Below are positions 28,943 through 39,192 of a stretch of 64,000 bases of DNA, piece after piece. The notes under the pieces were generated by a model, which was not told the origin of the DNA, did not search any database, and was given only the letters and a program-made list of their open reading frames with translations. The stretch's first letter is position 1. Every line of letters begins with the position of its first letter. The position numbers were made by a program, and so were the translations under genes. Source of the stretch: Fibrobacterota bacterium (GTDB lineage: Bacteria > Fibrobacterota > Fibrobacteria > UBA11236). The stretch spans positions 1-64,000 of the forward strand of contig JAYUVP010000058.1 in NCBI GenBank assembly GCA_043753995.1, given 5' to 3'.

Positions 28943-29571
28943 GGTGTGATGACAATCTGATTTCGATCGGCTCTAATTCGCGCTGTATCCGCGACGGCGA
29001 CCAGAGTGGTGTCATGTTTCCATCCCGCGCGACTTTCCACTACGAAGCGTAAGGCTTGTGCGGGCACCGAGTCTACCGCGGAGACGGAACGCGAATCGCA
29101 TCGCGTTAGGATATCGGTGCCTGGGAAAAAGGCTATGCCCGAATCTGAGGTCGCATAATTGGCGACACGAAGGGTCACAAGAAAGATTTTGCCCGTGCTC
29201 AAGTTCAAGCTTGCCGGTTTTCCCGGCCTCAAGTTGCGGGCCAAGGCCCAGGCATTTCGCCCCTTGTCGCCAGCGATGACATTCCAAAGCTTAAGCGTAT
29301 CGACAGATTCGAAACTATACTCGCCTTTGCTATCGGTGACGCTCCTACGGATGAGGGACGTATCCGGGTGGCTGGGGTCGTAGGCGGCGGGGAGCAATTT
29401 GACCGGCACGCCGACCGCAGGGAGGCCATCGTTAAAAGACACCAAACCGGTCAGGGTTTCCGTATCCGATCCCCCGCCATCGACAATGGGAGGATGGGTC
29501 GGAGCAAGTGGCGTTGGAGCGGAAAGGCAGGCCGACAATACCAAGGCGCCCAGGGCAAGGATTTGCTTCAT
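28939..29571 (-). CDS. Lipoprotein with carboxypeptidase-regulatory-like beta-sandwich
   Basis: VLSAC lipobox; GGGSDTE; LTGLV..DG.PA.GVPVKL; TDSKGEYSF. Confidence 0.75.
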   Translation of the reverse strand: MKQILALGALVLSACLSAPTPLAPTHPPIVDGGGSDTETLTGLVSFNDGLPAVGVPVKLLPAAYDPSHPDTSLIRRSVTDSKGEYSFESVDTLKLWNVIAGDKGRNAWALARNLRPGKPASLNLSTGKIFLVTLRVANYATSDSGIAFFPGTDILTRCDSRSVSAVDSVPAQALRFVVESRAGWKHDTTLVAVADTARIRADRNQIVITP

Positions 29572-29573
29572 GT

Positions 29574-30413
29574 TCAGGGCTCTCGTGATAGAGGAAACAA
29601 ATTCAAATTAAGCTGAAATACGCGTTCGGGATCTTTATCCATGCGCGCCAATTCGAGAAGTTCGGCCTTGAAATCCCGAATCTTTTTCCGGAAAAGTTCA
29701 AAGGTCTCTTCTGAAATCCCGAAGGTGGTGGACGACATCAGTCGCTCATCGGGGGAAGCGAGGTCATAGGCCTCCAGAGCCAATTCCAACATGCGCTTCT
29801 GGAATCCGATTACCACTTCCGCCTCTACCTGTCCGCCTGTGGTCAATACGGGATCGGCTTGTCGCCAGCGGCCCTGCGAGTCCTTTTTCGCCAGACCGAG
29901 ACGGATGAGCAATGCCACCGAGGCTTCGGCTTGGGTCGAAGTGATGGACGGCAATAGTCTTTTGGCAAGGGCTTGGTAATCGCCCTTGAAACGCAAGCAC
30001 TCCAATAATTCACGCACCGCGCTATGATGCCATTCCCCGTAAAAAGCGTATTGGGCTTCCTCCACTTTACGCTTTTCGTAATCACCTCGCAGACGGGTCA
30101 GCTTGTCGAAATACAGGTTTTTTTCTTTTAAAGTTTTCGCCTGATTGAAAAACACCAGGCTTTGGAAGTATTCGGCGTCGGCATCCTTCAGTCCCAAGGC
30201 TTGGCAGGTTTTCAGCAAGGTGGACTGGCTGAGATTTCGCTTTCCGTCCATCACATATTTGAAATAGGCTGAAGAATTGATGCCGGCGCGCGCAGACAAA
30301 TAGCGAAAGGAAAAATTCGGATCGACGGTCTTGCGCGTGGCATAATAGTCTTTGAGATAGACCCGGTAATCGGAATAGGACAGTAGGTTAAGAGGCGACG
30401 GTGCGGAGCGCAT
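29574..30413 (-). CDS. TIGR02147 family protein (N-terminal HTH-like region plus DUF4423)
   Basis: YSDYRVYLKDYY, FSFRYLSARAG, GKRNLS, YFQSLVFFNQA, WHHSAVRELL, FQLNLNLFPLS. Confidence 0.88.
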   Translation of the reverse strand: MRSAPSPLNLLSYSDYRVYLKDYYATRKTVDPNFSFRYLSARAGINSSAYFKYVMDGKRNLSQSTLLKTCQALGLKDADAEYFQSLVFFNQAKTLKEKNLYFDKLTRLRGDYEKRKVEEAQYAFYGEWHHSAVRELLECLRFKGDYQALAKRLLPSITSTQAEASVALLIRLGLAKKDSQGRWRQADPVLTTGGQVEAEVVIGFQKRMLELALEAYDLASPDERLMSSTTFGISEETFELFRKKIRDFKAELLELARMDKDPERVFQLNLNLFPLSREP

Positions 30414-30539
30414 AGGCAAGGGATAAGGTAGTGGAAGGTCGGGCTATCAGTGGGCAAGGATTGGAACCTATCGTTGCCATTTGTGAACGCTTCATTTTTT
30501 TCAGCACCCAGTAGGGGAGCCCTTGATACCTTTCCGCCC

Positions 30540-31637
30540 ATGGAATCCCTGCGTCATTATTCTTCCCTTTGGCTGGAACACATGACTACTACGCGCTTTC
30601 TGGGCAATTCCCTGCGCGAATATCTCGTTTGCCTGCTGATTTTGCTGGTAGGCTATGTCATGGCCCGCGTCTTGCACCGCCAAATCCTAAGGCGTCTGCA
30701 CATTTGGGCCGCCCGAACCGAAGGCACTTGGGATGATGTGATTGTCACCCTGATGCGCAGCCATGTTTTGCCGTGTGTTTATGCCCTTATCGTCTATCAT
30801 GCCCTCAATGATTTGCGTTTGCAGCCCTCGCTCGCCCGGGCTTTGCAAGTGGCTGTCACCGCCGTATTGGCGTGGCAGGGCGTGCAAATCATTATCACCC
30901 TGATCAATGAAGCTTTGCGGGGGTATTGGCGCCGGCACACCCAGGATCATAGCCCGGCTCAGGAGAAAAGCCTCAATGGCATCATCACGCTAATTAAGGT
31001 GGTGGTCTGGATCATTGCCGCGATTTTGGCCATGGATAATCTCGGCATCAAGGTTTCGGCCTTTATGGCGGGTCTTGGCATTACCGGCATCGCGGTGGCT
31101 TTGGCCGCTCAGGCCGTGCTCGGGGATCTTTTTGCCTATTTCGTGATTTTCTTCGACAAGCCTTTTGAGGTAGGCCATACCATCAAGGTCGGCAATACCA
31201 TTGGCGAGGTCGAACATGTCGGGCTCAAAACCACGCGCCTGCGTAGTTTGGGCGGCGAAATGGTCGTGCTTTCCAACAAGCATCTCACCGATGTGCAGGT
31301 GCATAATTTCAAGCACTTGGAGCGGCGACGCATCGCCTTTCATTTTGCAATAGAAAATCGAACCACCGAAGATGTCTTACGCACCTTGCCCATTCGAGTG
31401 AAGACCCTTATCACCGGTCTTGCCGATGCAAGCTTTGATCGCTGCCACTTTCTGGCCATCACCGATATCGGCCTCAAATTCGAAGTGGTTTATTTCGTCG
31501 AGAGCTCGGATTATACGCGATACATGGATATACAGCAGGAAATCAATTTGGGTCTCAAGGCGGAAGTCGAGCGCCTTGGGGCGGCCTTCGCATATCCCCT
31601 GCGATCCGCTCCTATTGCCACGGAAGGCGCCGGTTAA
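30540..31637 (+). CDS. Small-conductance mechanosensitive channel (MscS family)
   Basis: AGLGITGIAVALAAQ, DKPFEVG, GEVEHVGLKTTRLRSL, FAYP. Confidence 0.92.
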   Translation: MESLRHYSSLWLEHMTTTRFLGNSLREYLVCLLILLVGYVMARVLHRQILRRLHIWAARTEGTWDDVIVTLMRSHVLPCVYALIVYHALNDLRLQPSLARALQVAVTAVLAWQGVQIIITLINEALRGYWRRHTQDHSPAQEKSLNGIITLIKVVVWIIAAILAMDNLGIKVSAFMAGLGITGIAVALAAQAVLGDLFAYFVIFFDKPFEVGHTIKVGNTIGEVEHVGLKTTRLRSLGGEMVVLSNKHLTDVQVHNFKHLERRRIAFHFAIENRTTEDVLRTLPIRVKTLITGLADASFDRCHFLAITDIGLKFEVVYFVESSDYTRYMDIQQEINLGLKAEVERLGAAFAYPLRSAPIATEGAG

Positions 31638-31663
31638 GGGCTCCGAAGTCCTTGGAGATGGTC

Positions 31664-32824
31664 TCAGTTCTCCTTTCGCAGTCGCCACCATCGCCCATCG
31701 TCGGCCCGCCACTGCAAAAGATTATGCAAAGTCACAGAAAAAACCCGTTGGCCGTCAGTCAGGATATCCTCGCTTTGAAGTATTCGAACTTTGAAGGCTA
31801 AATGGCGAAAGAGATGGAGGCCGAACCCCAAGCGAAAAATTTTCGGCCCGCCCCATTCCTGAAAATATCCTTGGTCAAGAAGAAAGGTGTTCAAGAGGAT
31901 TGAATTCAAATCCGCCTCGAAAAAAATGCGTTCGCCTTTCCATCCCGACAATGTGTATTGCTTAGAATACGCCGAGGAAAGAGTCATGTTCAGAATGTGA
32001 AGCTTTCGCGAATTAAAATTCAATGGACTTCCCATTTCAATTTGAAAGGCCGGAGGAGTGAGTAAGTAATTCGCGTCGTCATGAGAAGCGAGGTAGCTTG
32101 AAGTTCCCGCCTCATGACGGTCCAGATAGACCGTGTGCCGGTAGCCATTCAAGTTTTGACCCAGGCGATTCGCCGATAACCCGAATTGAAAATGCTTACC
32201 CCACTGACCGAAATAACCGATGTCCATCAGGAGTCCGGTATTGGATAAACCAGATTTTTCCACGTCGTCCGGGCCCTTAGCCAAGGTCAAGGTGGCACCG
32301 AAGTGGTTCTGCAAATCACCCCAACTCGAAATGCCAGTTGCCACGGACAGAGAATATTCACTGCCGCTTGCGATTCCGAATTGATGGTTCTTGATAGACA
32401 AGCGATATCCGAAACCGGCAATTTGAACCCTGGCGTCGAGTCCTAATTCATAAAAATCAGGAAGACCAAGAACGGGCATCAGCGGGGCATAGGTGAATCC
32501 CACAGTTCCAGAGATCACCCCTTGGTTTTCAGCTGCCAGGGTGGCGGGGTTCCCGTAGGAATGCAGGGTATTTACATCGCTCTCGCCCAACCCTCCCGCA
32601 ATGGCCTGAGTAAAAAGGCCCGGCATATTGAAGCTAAGGTTTACGGAATCCCGGCTGAGAAGTTTGCCTCGGTCGGGTGGGCGGTTGACGATGGGAATTT
32701 GAGCTCCTGCCTTCAGGGTCAGGAGCGGGACCAAGGCGAAGCATGCCACTTTCAAATACGTGATACCACTAAAATTGACTGTCGAAGCGCACCCTTCACT
32801 GAAATACTTTCGCGGTTCCTTCAA
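31664..32824 (-). CDS. PorV/PorQ/FadL-like outer-membrane beta-barrel
   Basis: Signal peptide; AGGLGE...YGNPATLA resembles the PorV/FadL N-terminal motif; MDIG, FGLSANRLG; alternating beta-strand pattern. Confidence 0.55.
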   Translation of the reverse strand: MKEPRKYFSEGCASTVNFSGITYLKVACFALVPLLTLKAGAQIPIVNRPPDRGKLLSRDSVNLSFNMPGLFTQAIAGGLGESDVNTLHSYGNPATLAAENQGVISGTVGFTYAPLMPVLGLPDFYELGLDARVQIAGFGYRLSIKNHQFGIASGSEYSLSVATGISSWGDLQNHFGATLTLAKGPDDVEKSGLSNTGLLMDIGYFGQWGKHFQFGLSANRLGQNLNGYRHTVYLDRHEAGTSSYLASHDDANYLLTPPAFQIEMGSPLNFNSRKLHILNMTLSSAYSKQYTLSGWKGERIFFEADLNSILLNTFLLDQGYFQEWGGPKIFRLGFGLHLFRHLAFKVRILQSEDILTDGQRVFSVTLHNLLQWRADDGRWWRLRKEN

Positions 32825-33102
32825 GTCCCAGAACTCACTTTATATCTCACCGTCGTCATGACATTCCCGCATTTGGGGCAGGCGGCCGCGCGACGTCCTA
32901 CGGACATGCCGCAGCGCGGGCAAGCCGGACCTTGGGCCGTTCGGGCAAGGGACGAAAGCCAACGTGGCAAAAAGGGAACCATTACCATGGCCAACAATTT
33001 CAATGCGGTTGGAAATGTTCGTTTGCCACGTGGTGCACGCGTGAGCAATAGGGGCATGGCCAAGGCGGAAAACAGGACTATCAGGATCAGGATTTTCAAC
33101 AT
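32821..33102 (-). CDS. Small membrane protein with C-terminal zinc ribbon
   Basis: Two hydrophobic helices, then CPRC...CPKC; stop overlaps the next start. Confidence 0.6.
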   Translation of the reverse strand: MLKILILIVLFSALAMPLLLTRAPRGKRTFPTALKLLAMVMVPFLPRWLSSLARTAQGPACPRCGMSVGRRAAACPKCGNVMTTVRYKVSSGT

Positions 33103-33219
33103 GACCCCTAAAATAGCACCCTGGCGCGACACGTCCAGGGCAAGGGGTATTACTTTGAGAATGGAGTCATTTCAACATTGTGGCGGGTTCGGTTTGAATC
33201 CGTGTCTGAGGAGGTTAAC

Positions 33220-34797
33220 GTGTCCAAGACGTCTCTCACACGTTGCGCATATGCTTTGGCATTCGTGTCGGCACTTTCGCTTTCGGCGAAGGCTCAGGTG
33301 GCGAATTCCGAGCGCGAACCCATTATCGGATCGGAAGGCGCGGTCGGCTTGGTGGACATCGTTTCGGCCAATTCCTTGGGCGCGGGGCGGCTCAGTCTCG
33401 GTGTGCATGGCGCCTATTATCAACAAGCGAAGGCCTTCGCCGGCGTGCCTACTTCGGCCTCCGACGTCACGACCTTTTCCGGTGCCTTGGGTTGGGGTTT
33501 GTCTCCTTGGATAGATGGTTATGCGGCCTTGTATGGCTTTCGCCTCGAAGATCCCATCCGAGGTTCGGCCAGCGATATCGGCAGCTTGGTGGGCGGCCTG
33601 AAGGGCACTATACCGGTGCCGGGAGCTTCACCCGTGCGGCTAGGCCTGGATTTGTCGGTATTGGGCGGTGTGGCAGGTCAGTCCATGAACAATAATGGTT
33701 ATGACGGTTGGGCCTGGGCCGAAACCCGGCTTGAGAGCGATGTGCGACTCCGTTTGGTTCAAACCCTGCAATTCGAAGGCAATGGGATGGCCTTGCGTAT
33801 CCATCTAAATGAAGGTGCGGCCATGGCCGTCAATGGAGATCATGGCACCTTGCTGGTTCAAGGTGGCGCCGTGGAATTTTCCCCCCATCCCGTGGTGAAT
33901 TTCGCGGTAGAAATGGCTTCGCGCACGTCTTTTCGCCAACCCCTGGGCACCGATCCGATTTGGCTGACTCCCTCGGTATATTTTGTTGGGCCTCATGTGC
34001 AGCTGCAAGTGGGAACGCAAATCGCCCTAAGTGGTGAGCGTACCGACGTGAATAATCGCTCCCTGGAACCTTGGCGTTTTGTCGCCGGCCTCACAGCGAA
34101 TGTCGACTTTTTAGCTGGCAGCCGCCACGCCGCCGCGGAAAAGGCGCGCAAGGATTCGCTCGATCAAATTCTGTTGCGGACTCGTGCCAAGGATGCCGAG
34201 GCCATGGCCGACAGCTTGGCCCGCAAAGGCCGCGAGGACTCCCTCGCCCGCGTGCGTGAGCAAGAAGAAATGCGCCGTCGCGCCGATTCCCTGGCTGCTA
34301 TGGCCGCCGAAAGCGCCGCAACCGCGCGCAAAAAGGCCTATCAGGACTCATTGAATTTGGCGGATGTGCAGAAAAAGTTGGCGGAGGAAAAGGCCGCACG
34401 CAGCGATGCGGAAAAGCAATTCCTTCGCACGGGTATGCTGAATCTCGAAGCCCTCTATTTCGAAAGCGGCAAGGCTGAAATATCCATCAATTCCAAGCCT
34501 TATCTGAATGTGATAGGAAAAATGCTGGCGAAATATCCCAAGCTGCAACTAGAAGTGGGCGGACATACCGACAATATCGGCAAGCTGACTTCTAATATGG
34601 CCTTGAGTCAGGCGCGCTCCGAAGTCGCGCGGTTGTATTTGATCAGCGTCACTCCGGATTTGAACAATCGCATCACCGCCCGCGGTTATGGCCCGACCTC
34701 GCCCAAGGCGAATAATCGCACTCCTGAGGGAAGGCAAATCAATCGTCGCGTCGAAATCATGGTGACTAATAAGGACGCCCTGAAGATTTACGAGTAA
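33220..34797 (+). CDS. OmpA family protein (N-terminal beta-barrel, coiled-coil linker, OmpA_C peptidoglycan-binding domain)
   Basis: GAGGAGG then GTG 33220; YFESGK, GGHTDNIG, NMALSQARS, GYGPTSP, NRRVE. Confidence 0.9.
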   Translation: MSKTSLTRCAYALAFVSALSLSAKAQVANSEREPIIGSEGAVGLVDIVSANSLGAGRLSLGVHGAYYQQAKAFAGVPTSASDVTTFSGALGWGLSPWIDGYAALYGFRLEDPIRGSASDIGSLVGGLKGTIPVPGASPVRLGLDLSVLGGVAGQSMNNNGYDGWAWAETRLESDVRLRLVQTLQFEGNGMALRIHLNEGAAMAVNGDHGTLLVQGGAVEFSPHPVVNFAVEMASRTSFRQPLGTDPIWLTPSVYFVGPHVQLQVGTQIALSGERTDVNNRSLEPWRFVAGLTANVDFLAGSRHAAAEKARKDSLDQILLRTRAKDAEAMADSLARKGREDSLARVREQEEMRRRADSLAAMAAESAATARKKAYQDSLNLADVQKKLAEEKAARSDAEKQFLRTGMLNLEALYFESGKAEISINSKPYLNVIGKMLAKYPKLQLEVGGHTDNIGKLTSNMALSQARSEVARLYLISVTPDLNNRITARGYGPTSPKANNRTPEGRQINRRVEIMVTNKDALKIYE

Positions 34798-34822
34798 GGC
34801 ACCGGAAATCGAAGATGTGAGG

Positions 34823-34851
34823 AGGGGCGGGCCGTGAGGTTCGCCCCTTTT
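34823..34851 (+). terminator. Intrinsic terminator after the OmpA gene
   Basis: aggggcgggcc-gtga-ggttcgcccc-tttt. Confidence 0.7.
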
Positions 34852-35911
34852 AGTTGGTTAAAGCTGGTTTAAGCGGATGAAAGCAGGCCGCTTGCCTAGC
34901 CATTGCTGTCGCGTCAGTCTGCGCCGTCTGTGCGTCCGCCAGGGTTAGCAATGGCGGATCGCTAAGCCGACAATCGGCTTCCGCGCGCGAGCAGCGGGAA
35001 GCGAAGGCGCAACCCGCGGGCCGATTCACCGGCGAGGGGATTTCTCCATGCAATTGCCTTGGTTTTTTACCGCGCTCCAAGGTGGGGATAGAATCAAGTA
35101 GGGCCTGGGTATAAGGGTGCCTTGGCTGAGTGAATACCGTATCGGCTCGCCCTTGTTCGACGATGCGTCCGAGATACATCACCAGAAGCCGGTCACTCAG
35201 GCTTTTCACCAAGGACAGATCATGGCTGATGAAAAGCAGGGAAAGTCCGAGCTTGGCTTTTAGGTCTAAAAGCAATTGAATGATTTGCGCTTGCACCGAA
35301 ACGTCGAGCGCCGAGACCACTTCGTCGCAAATCAGTAATTTGGGGCGCAAACCGATGGCGCGGGCGATGCCGATGCGCTGGCGTTGCCCCCCGGAGAAGG
35401 CATGGGGAAACCGGCGCATATAATCGGGTTCTAGCCCCACTTGTTGCAATAAGGCGGCTACTTGATCGCGCAGTTCGCGCTCCGGATAAAGGCCATGCAC
35501 GCGCATGGGCTCGGCGAGTATTTCGAAAACCGTGTGCCGGGGATTGAGTGAGGTATAAGGATCCTGAAAAACGATTTGAAAGTCTTTGCGATAGGGCGAC
35601 CAGGCGGCGTTTTTTTCGATGTCAATGCTCTTGCCGAGCAAATGCAATTCTCCGCCCGTAGGCTTCACCAAACCAAGCAGGGAATAGCCCAAAGTGCTTT
35701 TGCCGCAGCCGGATTCGCCCACCACCGACACCACTTCGCCGGGATAGACTTCGAGGGAAACGCCGTCGACCGCTTTGACCTGGCCCGTGACCCGCTTCAA
35801 AATTCCACCTGTGACGGGAAACCAGGTGCGCAAGTCGCGCGCATGCAGAAGTGGCTGGGCTTCGCCTTCGGAGGCGGAGCGAGCTGAGGATTGGGGCAAG
35901 GACGTGATCAT
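34850..35911 (-). CDS. Oligopeptide/dipeptide ABC transporter ATPase (OppF/DppF-like)
   Basis: GESGCGKST, FSGGQRQRI, ICDE, HPYTQALL, C-terminal Cys-rich oligo_HPY region. Confidence 0.92.
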   Translation of the reverse strand: MITSLPQSSARSASEGEAQPLLHARDLRTWFPVTGGILKRVTGQVKAVDGVSLEVYPGEVVSVVGESGCGKSTLGYSLLGLVKPTGGELHLLGKSIDIEKNAAWSPYRKDFQIVFQDPYTSLNPRHTVFEILAEPMRVHGLYPERELRDQVAALLQQVGLEPDYMRRFPHAFSGGQRQRIGIARAIGLRPKLLICDEVVSALDVSVQAQIIQLLLDLKAKLGLSLLFISHDLSLVKSLSDRLLVMYLGRIVEQGRADTVFTQPRHPYTQALLDSIPTLERGKKPRQLHGEIPSPVNRPAGCAFASRCSRAEADCRLSDPPLLTLADAQTAQTDATAMARQAACFHPLKPALTN

Positions 35912-36912
35912 GGCGACACCTCGATCAAATTTGAGGTGGCCGGAGTTTCTCGCCAAAAGCAGGCGGTACGATGCTGCGGCCCCCTTTCCTCAAAGGAGGG
36001 TTTGGTAGCGCAAATCTCCATGGCATGTCCGCAGCGAGGTTGAAAGCGACAACCCGTCACATAGTCCGAAGGCCGGGGCACGGTTCCCGCGATGGCGCGT
36101 AGGCGCGGTGCGGTGTCGCTTAGGCGAGGCAGGGCATTGAGCAAGCCTTGCGAATAAGGATGCTGCGGTCCCCGCAAAAAGTCGGTGACTTCGGCTTCCT
36201 CCACCAGGCGGCCGGCATACATCACCCCGACGCGATCGGCGTATTGGGCAATCAAGTTCAGATTGTGCGTGACTAGAATCACAGCCATGCCCAAGTCCTT
36301 GCGCAAGTCGTCGAGCAAGTCCATGATTTGCGCCTGCACGGTGACATCGAGGGCCGTGGTCGGCTCATCGGCAAGCAGCAAGGCGGGCTTCAACGACAAA
36401 GCCATGGCTATCATCACGCGCTGCAACATGCCCCCGGAAAGCTCATGGGGATAGCTGCGCAAAATCCGCTGCGGATCGGCAATGCCGACGCGCTCCAGCA
36501 ATTGCAATATATGCGCCTCGGCATTACCCGAATAGCCGTGCACTTGCAGGGGCTCGAGCATTTGTTTTCGTACCGTGAGCAATGGATTGAGGGCGGCTCC
36601 TGGCTCTTGGAAAATCATGGCGATGGAGGCGCCTCGCAATTTGCGCAAATCCTCAAGTGGCATATCGAGAACGCTGCGCCCCTGAAAGCGTACCTCGCCG
36701 TACAGAACTCGGCCTCCGGGTTGTGGCAGCAAACGCAAGAGTGACAAGCACGTTACGGACTTCCCGCAGCCGGATTCGCCCACTAAACCGTACATTTCGC
36801 CTGGTTTTACGCTAAAAGAGACGTCTTCGGTTATCGCAGTAACACCTTCTTCATCGGAAAATCCAATGGAGAGATCGGTAACTTTTAACACGGGTTCGGA
36901 GTAATCAACCAT
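35908..36912 (-). CDS. Oligopeptide/dipeptide ABC transporter ATPase (OppD/DppD-like)
   Basis: GESGCGKS, LSGGMLQRV, ADEPTTALD, HPYSQGLL. Confidence 0.92.
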   Translation of the reverse strand: MVDYSEPVLKVTDLSIGFSDEEGVTAITEDVSFSVKPGEMYGLVGESGCGKSVTCLSLLRLLPQPGGRVLYGEVRFQGRSVLDMPLEDLRKLRGASIAMIFQEPGAALNPLLTVRKQMLEPLQVHGYSGNAEAHILQLLERVGIADPQRILRSYPHELSGGMLQRVMIAMALSLKPALLLADEPTTALDVTVQAQIMDLLDDLRKDLGMAVILVTHNLNLIAQYADRVGVMYAGRLVEEAEVTDFLRGPQHPYSQGLLNALPRLSDTAPRLRAIAGTVPRPSDYVTGCRFQPRCGHAMEICATKPSFEERGPQHRTACFWRETPATSNLIEVSP

Positions 36913-37039
36913 ATCACGTAAATTAGCTACAAGACATCAAGCCATACCCTGGGACGGGGGCTATATTCGAGGACTCATTGGGCATTTGCCTGCTTGGCTG
37001 GGGACCTTTTAGGATCGGCCAACTCTGGGGGTGGGGACC

Positions 37040-39091
37040 ATGTTATACAACTGGAATAAGAGTTTTCGTATCGTGGCCTTTGGCCTGATGGCTACCGCCT
37101 CGGCCTTCGGGGCCGACGGCAGTTTTTGCGATCTCGTGATCGAGGCTTGCCCCAAAGAATTCGCCAATAAAATCATCACCGTTCCCAAGAGTACGGTGGC
37201 GCTTTCCGCCCGCATGCCGACTTGCAAAGAGACCGTTGACATTCCTGTTCCCGAAGTCAAACCGCCTGACATCATGTTCATCATCGACAATTCCACCAGT
37301 ATGAACAATACCGATGGCAGCGAGGCACGTTTCACTCAAACCATCCTCATGCTCGACAGCCTATTCAAGCAGGTGCCCCAGGCCCATGTGGGCATCACCT
37401 CCTTTTCGCGATTTCTGCAATTCGACGATCGGGAGCCCCATTTGCTAGTTCCGGCTTTTCCGGGTACGGAGAATCACGGTGCCTATGTCCCGCTAACGCG
37501 ACTCGACACCGTTTTCGCGAATGGCATCCGCGGCGTCGACACCTTGAAGGCCATGTTGAAGCACAGTAGTAACGGCAACCTCACCTATGGCCTGGCGAGC
37601 ACGGGGGCCAATAATACGCGAAATGGAACGGATATTACGCTTGGATTCGAGTCTGCCTTGACGGCGATGAAGAAGTCGACTGTTGCCAAGGAGGCGCAGT
37701 TTATCATTTTCCTATCCGATGGCGAGCCCGGCAGTTTGGATAGCGCGCGAGTTTCGAAGCAAGACGAATATTTGGCGGGCGTGGGAGTCCCCACCACCTT
37801 CACCATCTTTTTCGGCGATGAAAACTCCGAGGGTTTCGTGGCTACCAATACCATGACCACGAATATTCAAAAGAATGGTTATAGCCTTTCCAATCCGAAA
37901 AGCGCGATTTGGAATATCACTAATCCCAGCGCCAATTTGCAGGCGATTTTGCAAGGTTTGGTTTCGGGAGTTTTAACCGTTCCTACGGCGACTTCGGCCC
38001 AAACCGCGACACTTAGCAAGGGAAATCAGGTCTTGCAGTCCAATCTATTGGACGGCACGAATTTCGTTTTTCAGAAGCGCCTTGCCTTGGATGCGGACAG
38101 CACGGTTTTCAATTTTCAAGTGGCCTATTCCTATACTGACAATACCAAGAATCCTCCGGTCACAAGCAATAAGACTTTTGACTATAAGCTCACCGTCAAG
38201 CGCACAGGAGCCAATCCTCCCCTCGGTGCCAGTACAGCCTGTTTCGATGCGCCATCCATTGCCTTGCTATCGGAAAACAAACCTCTTTCCATCGTGACGG
38301 CCGATAATACGAATTTGCAGGTGCAGGTGACTTCGGCTACGGGCAGAACCTGCACTGGATGTTCGGCCGCCCTATCCTCAGCGAAGGGAAACGACAAAGA
38401 GACCCTACCGTTGACCGGCGCAACCCATGTGGTGACGGGAAATTTTTCGCGCGAAGTCAATTCCGCAACGATTCCCAATGATTCAAAATTGCAACACATG
38501 GCACTCAATGACAGCGTTATCGTGGTTTTTCAAAATCCAGAATTCCCCTTGGAAACCGTGCGGCGCGCTTTCAAATATGAAGACATCAGCACAGTTCTGA
38601 ATTTGGCTTGGCGAAATCCCGTGGGTCAAACCACCCTCAATGTTCCCGCCAACCAGCAATTCATCATCGCCTCGGGAGTGGCAGGCCTCAAGGCTGAGCC
38701 CACCGGTTCTAACCTGAATTGTTGCTATTCCATGGACACCACGACCTTGCATACGGTCGACAGCGCTAATTTTGTCGGTATTGGGTTGACGGTCACCCGT
38801 GAATTTTCGGCGAGCTTTCGCATCTTCGATAATTTAGGGACCCTGGTGAATACCATTGCCTTCAAATTGCCTAAGGCCGAATTCGCCAAATTGAAAGCCA
38901 AGGATCCGCGCGCAAAATCCCATAAGGTTTGGGTGCTTTGGAATGGCATCACCAATCAAAATGCCAAGGCCGCCACCGGAGCCTATATCATGTTTGGAAC
39001 GGTGACCTTGGCCATTGAGCCAGGGGTGGCCGAAGACAAGGCCACCACGGTTTTAAAGCGTCGTATCGGACTCATACGCAATGTCGAATAA
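37040..39091 (+). CDS. Secreted vWA-domain protein with Fibrobacterota-type C-terminal domain
   Basis: Signal peptide; MIDAS FIIDNSTSM, GTDI, IIFLSDGEP; tail RIFDNLG...WNG...GAYI. Confidence 0.82.
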   Translation: MLYNWNKSFRIVAFGLMATASAFGADGSFCDLVIEACPKEFANKIITVPKSTVALSARMPTCKETVDIPVPEVKPPDIMFIIDNSTSMNNTDGSEARFTQTILMLDSLFKQVPQAHVGITSFSRFLQFDDREPHLLVPAFPGTENHGAYVPLTRLDTVFANGIRGVDTLKAMLKHSSNGNLTYGLASTGANNTRNGTDITLGFESALTAMKKSTVAKEAQFIIFLSDGEPGSLDSARVSKQDEYLAGVGVPTTFTIFFGDENSEGFVATNTMTTNIQKNGYSLSNPKSAIWNITNPSANLQAILQGLVSGVLTVPTATSAQTATLSKGNQVLQSNLLDGTNFVFQKRLALDADSTVFNFQVAYSYTDNTKNPPVTSNKTFDYKLTVKRTGANPPLGASTACFDAPSIALLSENKPLSIVTADNTNLQVQVTSATGRTCTGCSAALSSAKGNDKETLPLTGATHVVTGNFSREVNSATIPNDSKLQHMALNDSVIVVFQNPEFPLETVRRAFKYEDISTVLNLAWRNPVGQTTLNVPANQQFIIASGVAGLKAEPTGSNLNCCYSMDTTTLHTVDSANFVGIGLTVTREFSASFRIFDNLGTLVNTIAFKLPKAEFAKLKAKDPRAKSHKVWVLWNGITNQNAKAATGAYIMFGTVTLAIEPGVAEDKATTVLKRRIGLIRNVE

Positions 39092-39192
39092 CTTTTAACG
39101 TTGCCTGAGTCCTGCGCTAGGTTGGACATTCGGCTCTGCCAATCTCAGCCATCGCCTGACATTCCTTGACATCGACGACGGTTTGTGAATCG

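Noticed and set aside
32522..33514. 330-aa plus-strand ORF
   Set aside because: It overlaps three better-supported genes and has no recognisable motifs; shadow ORF.
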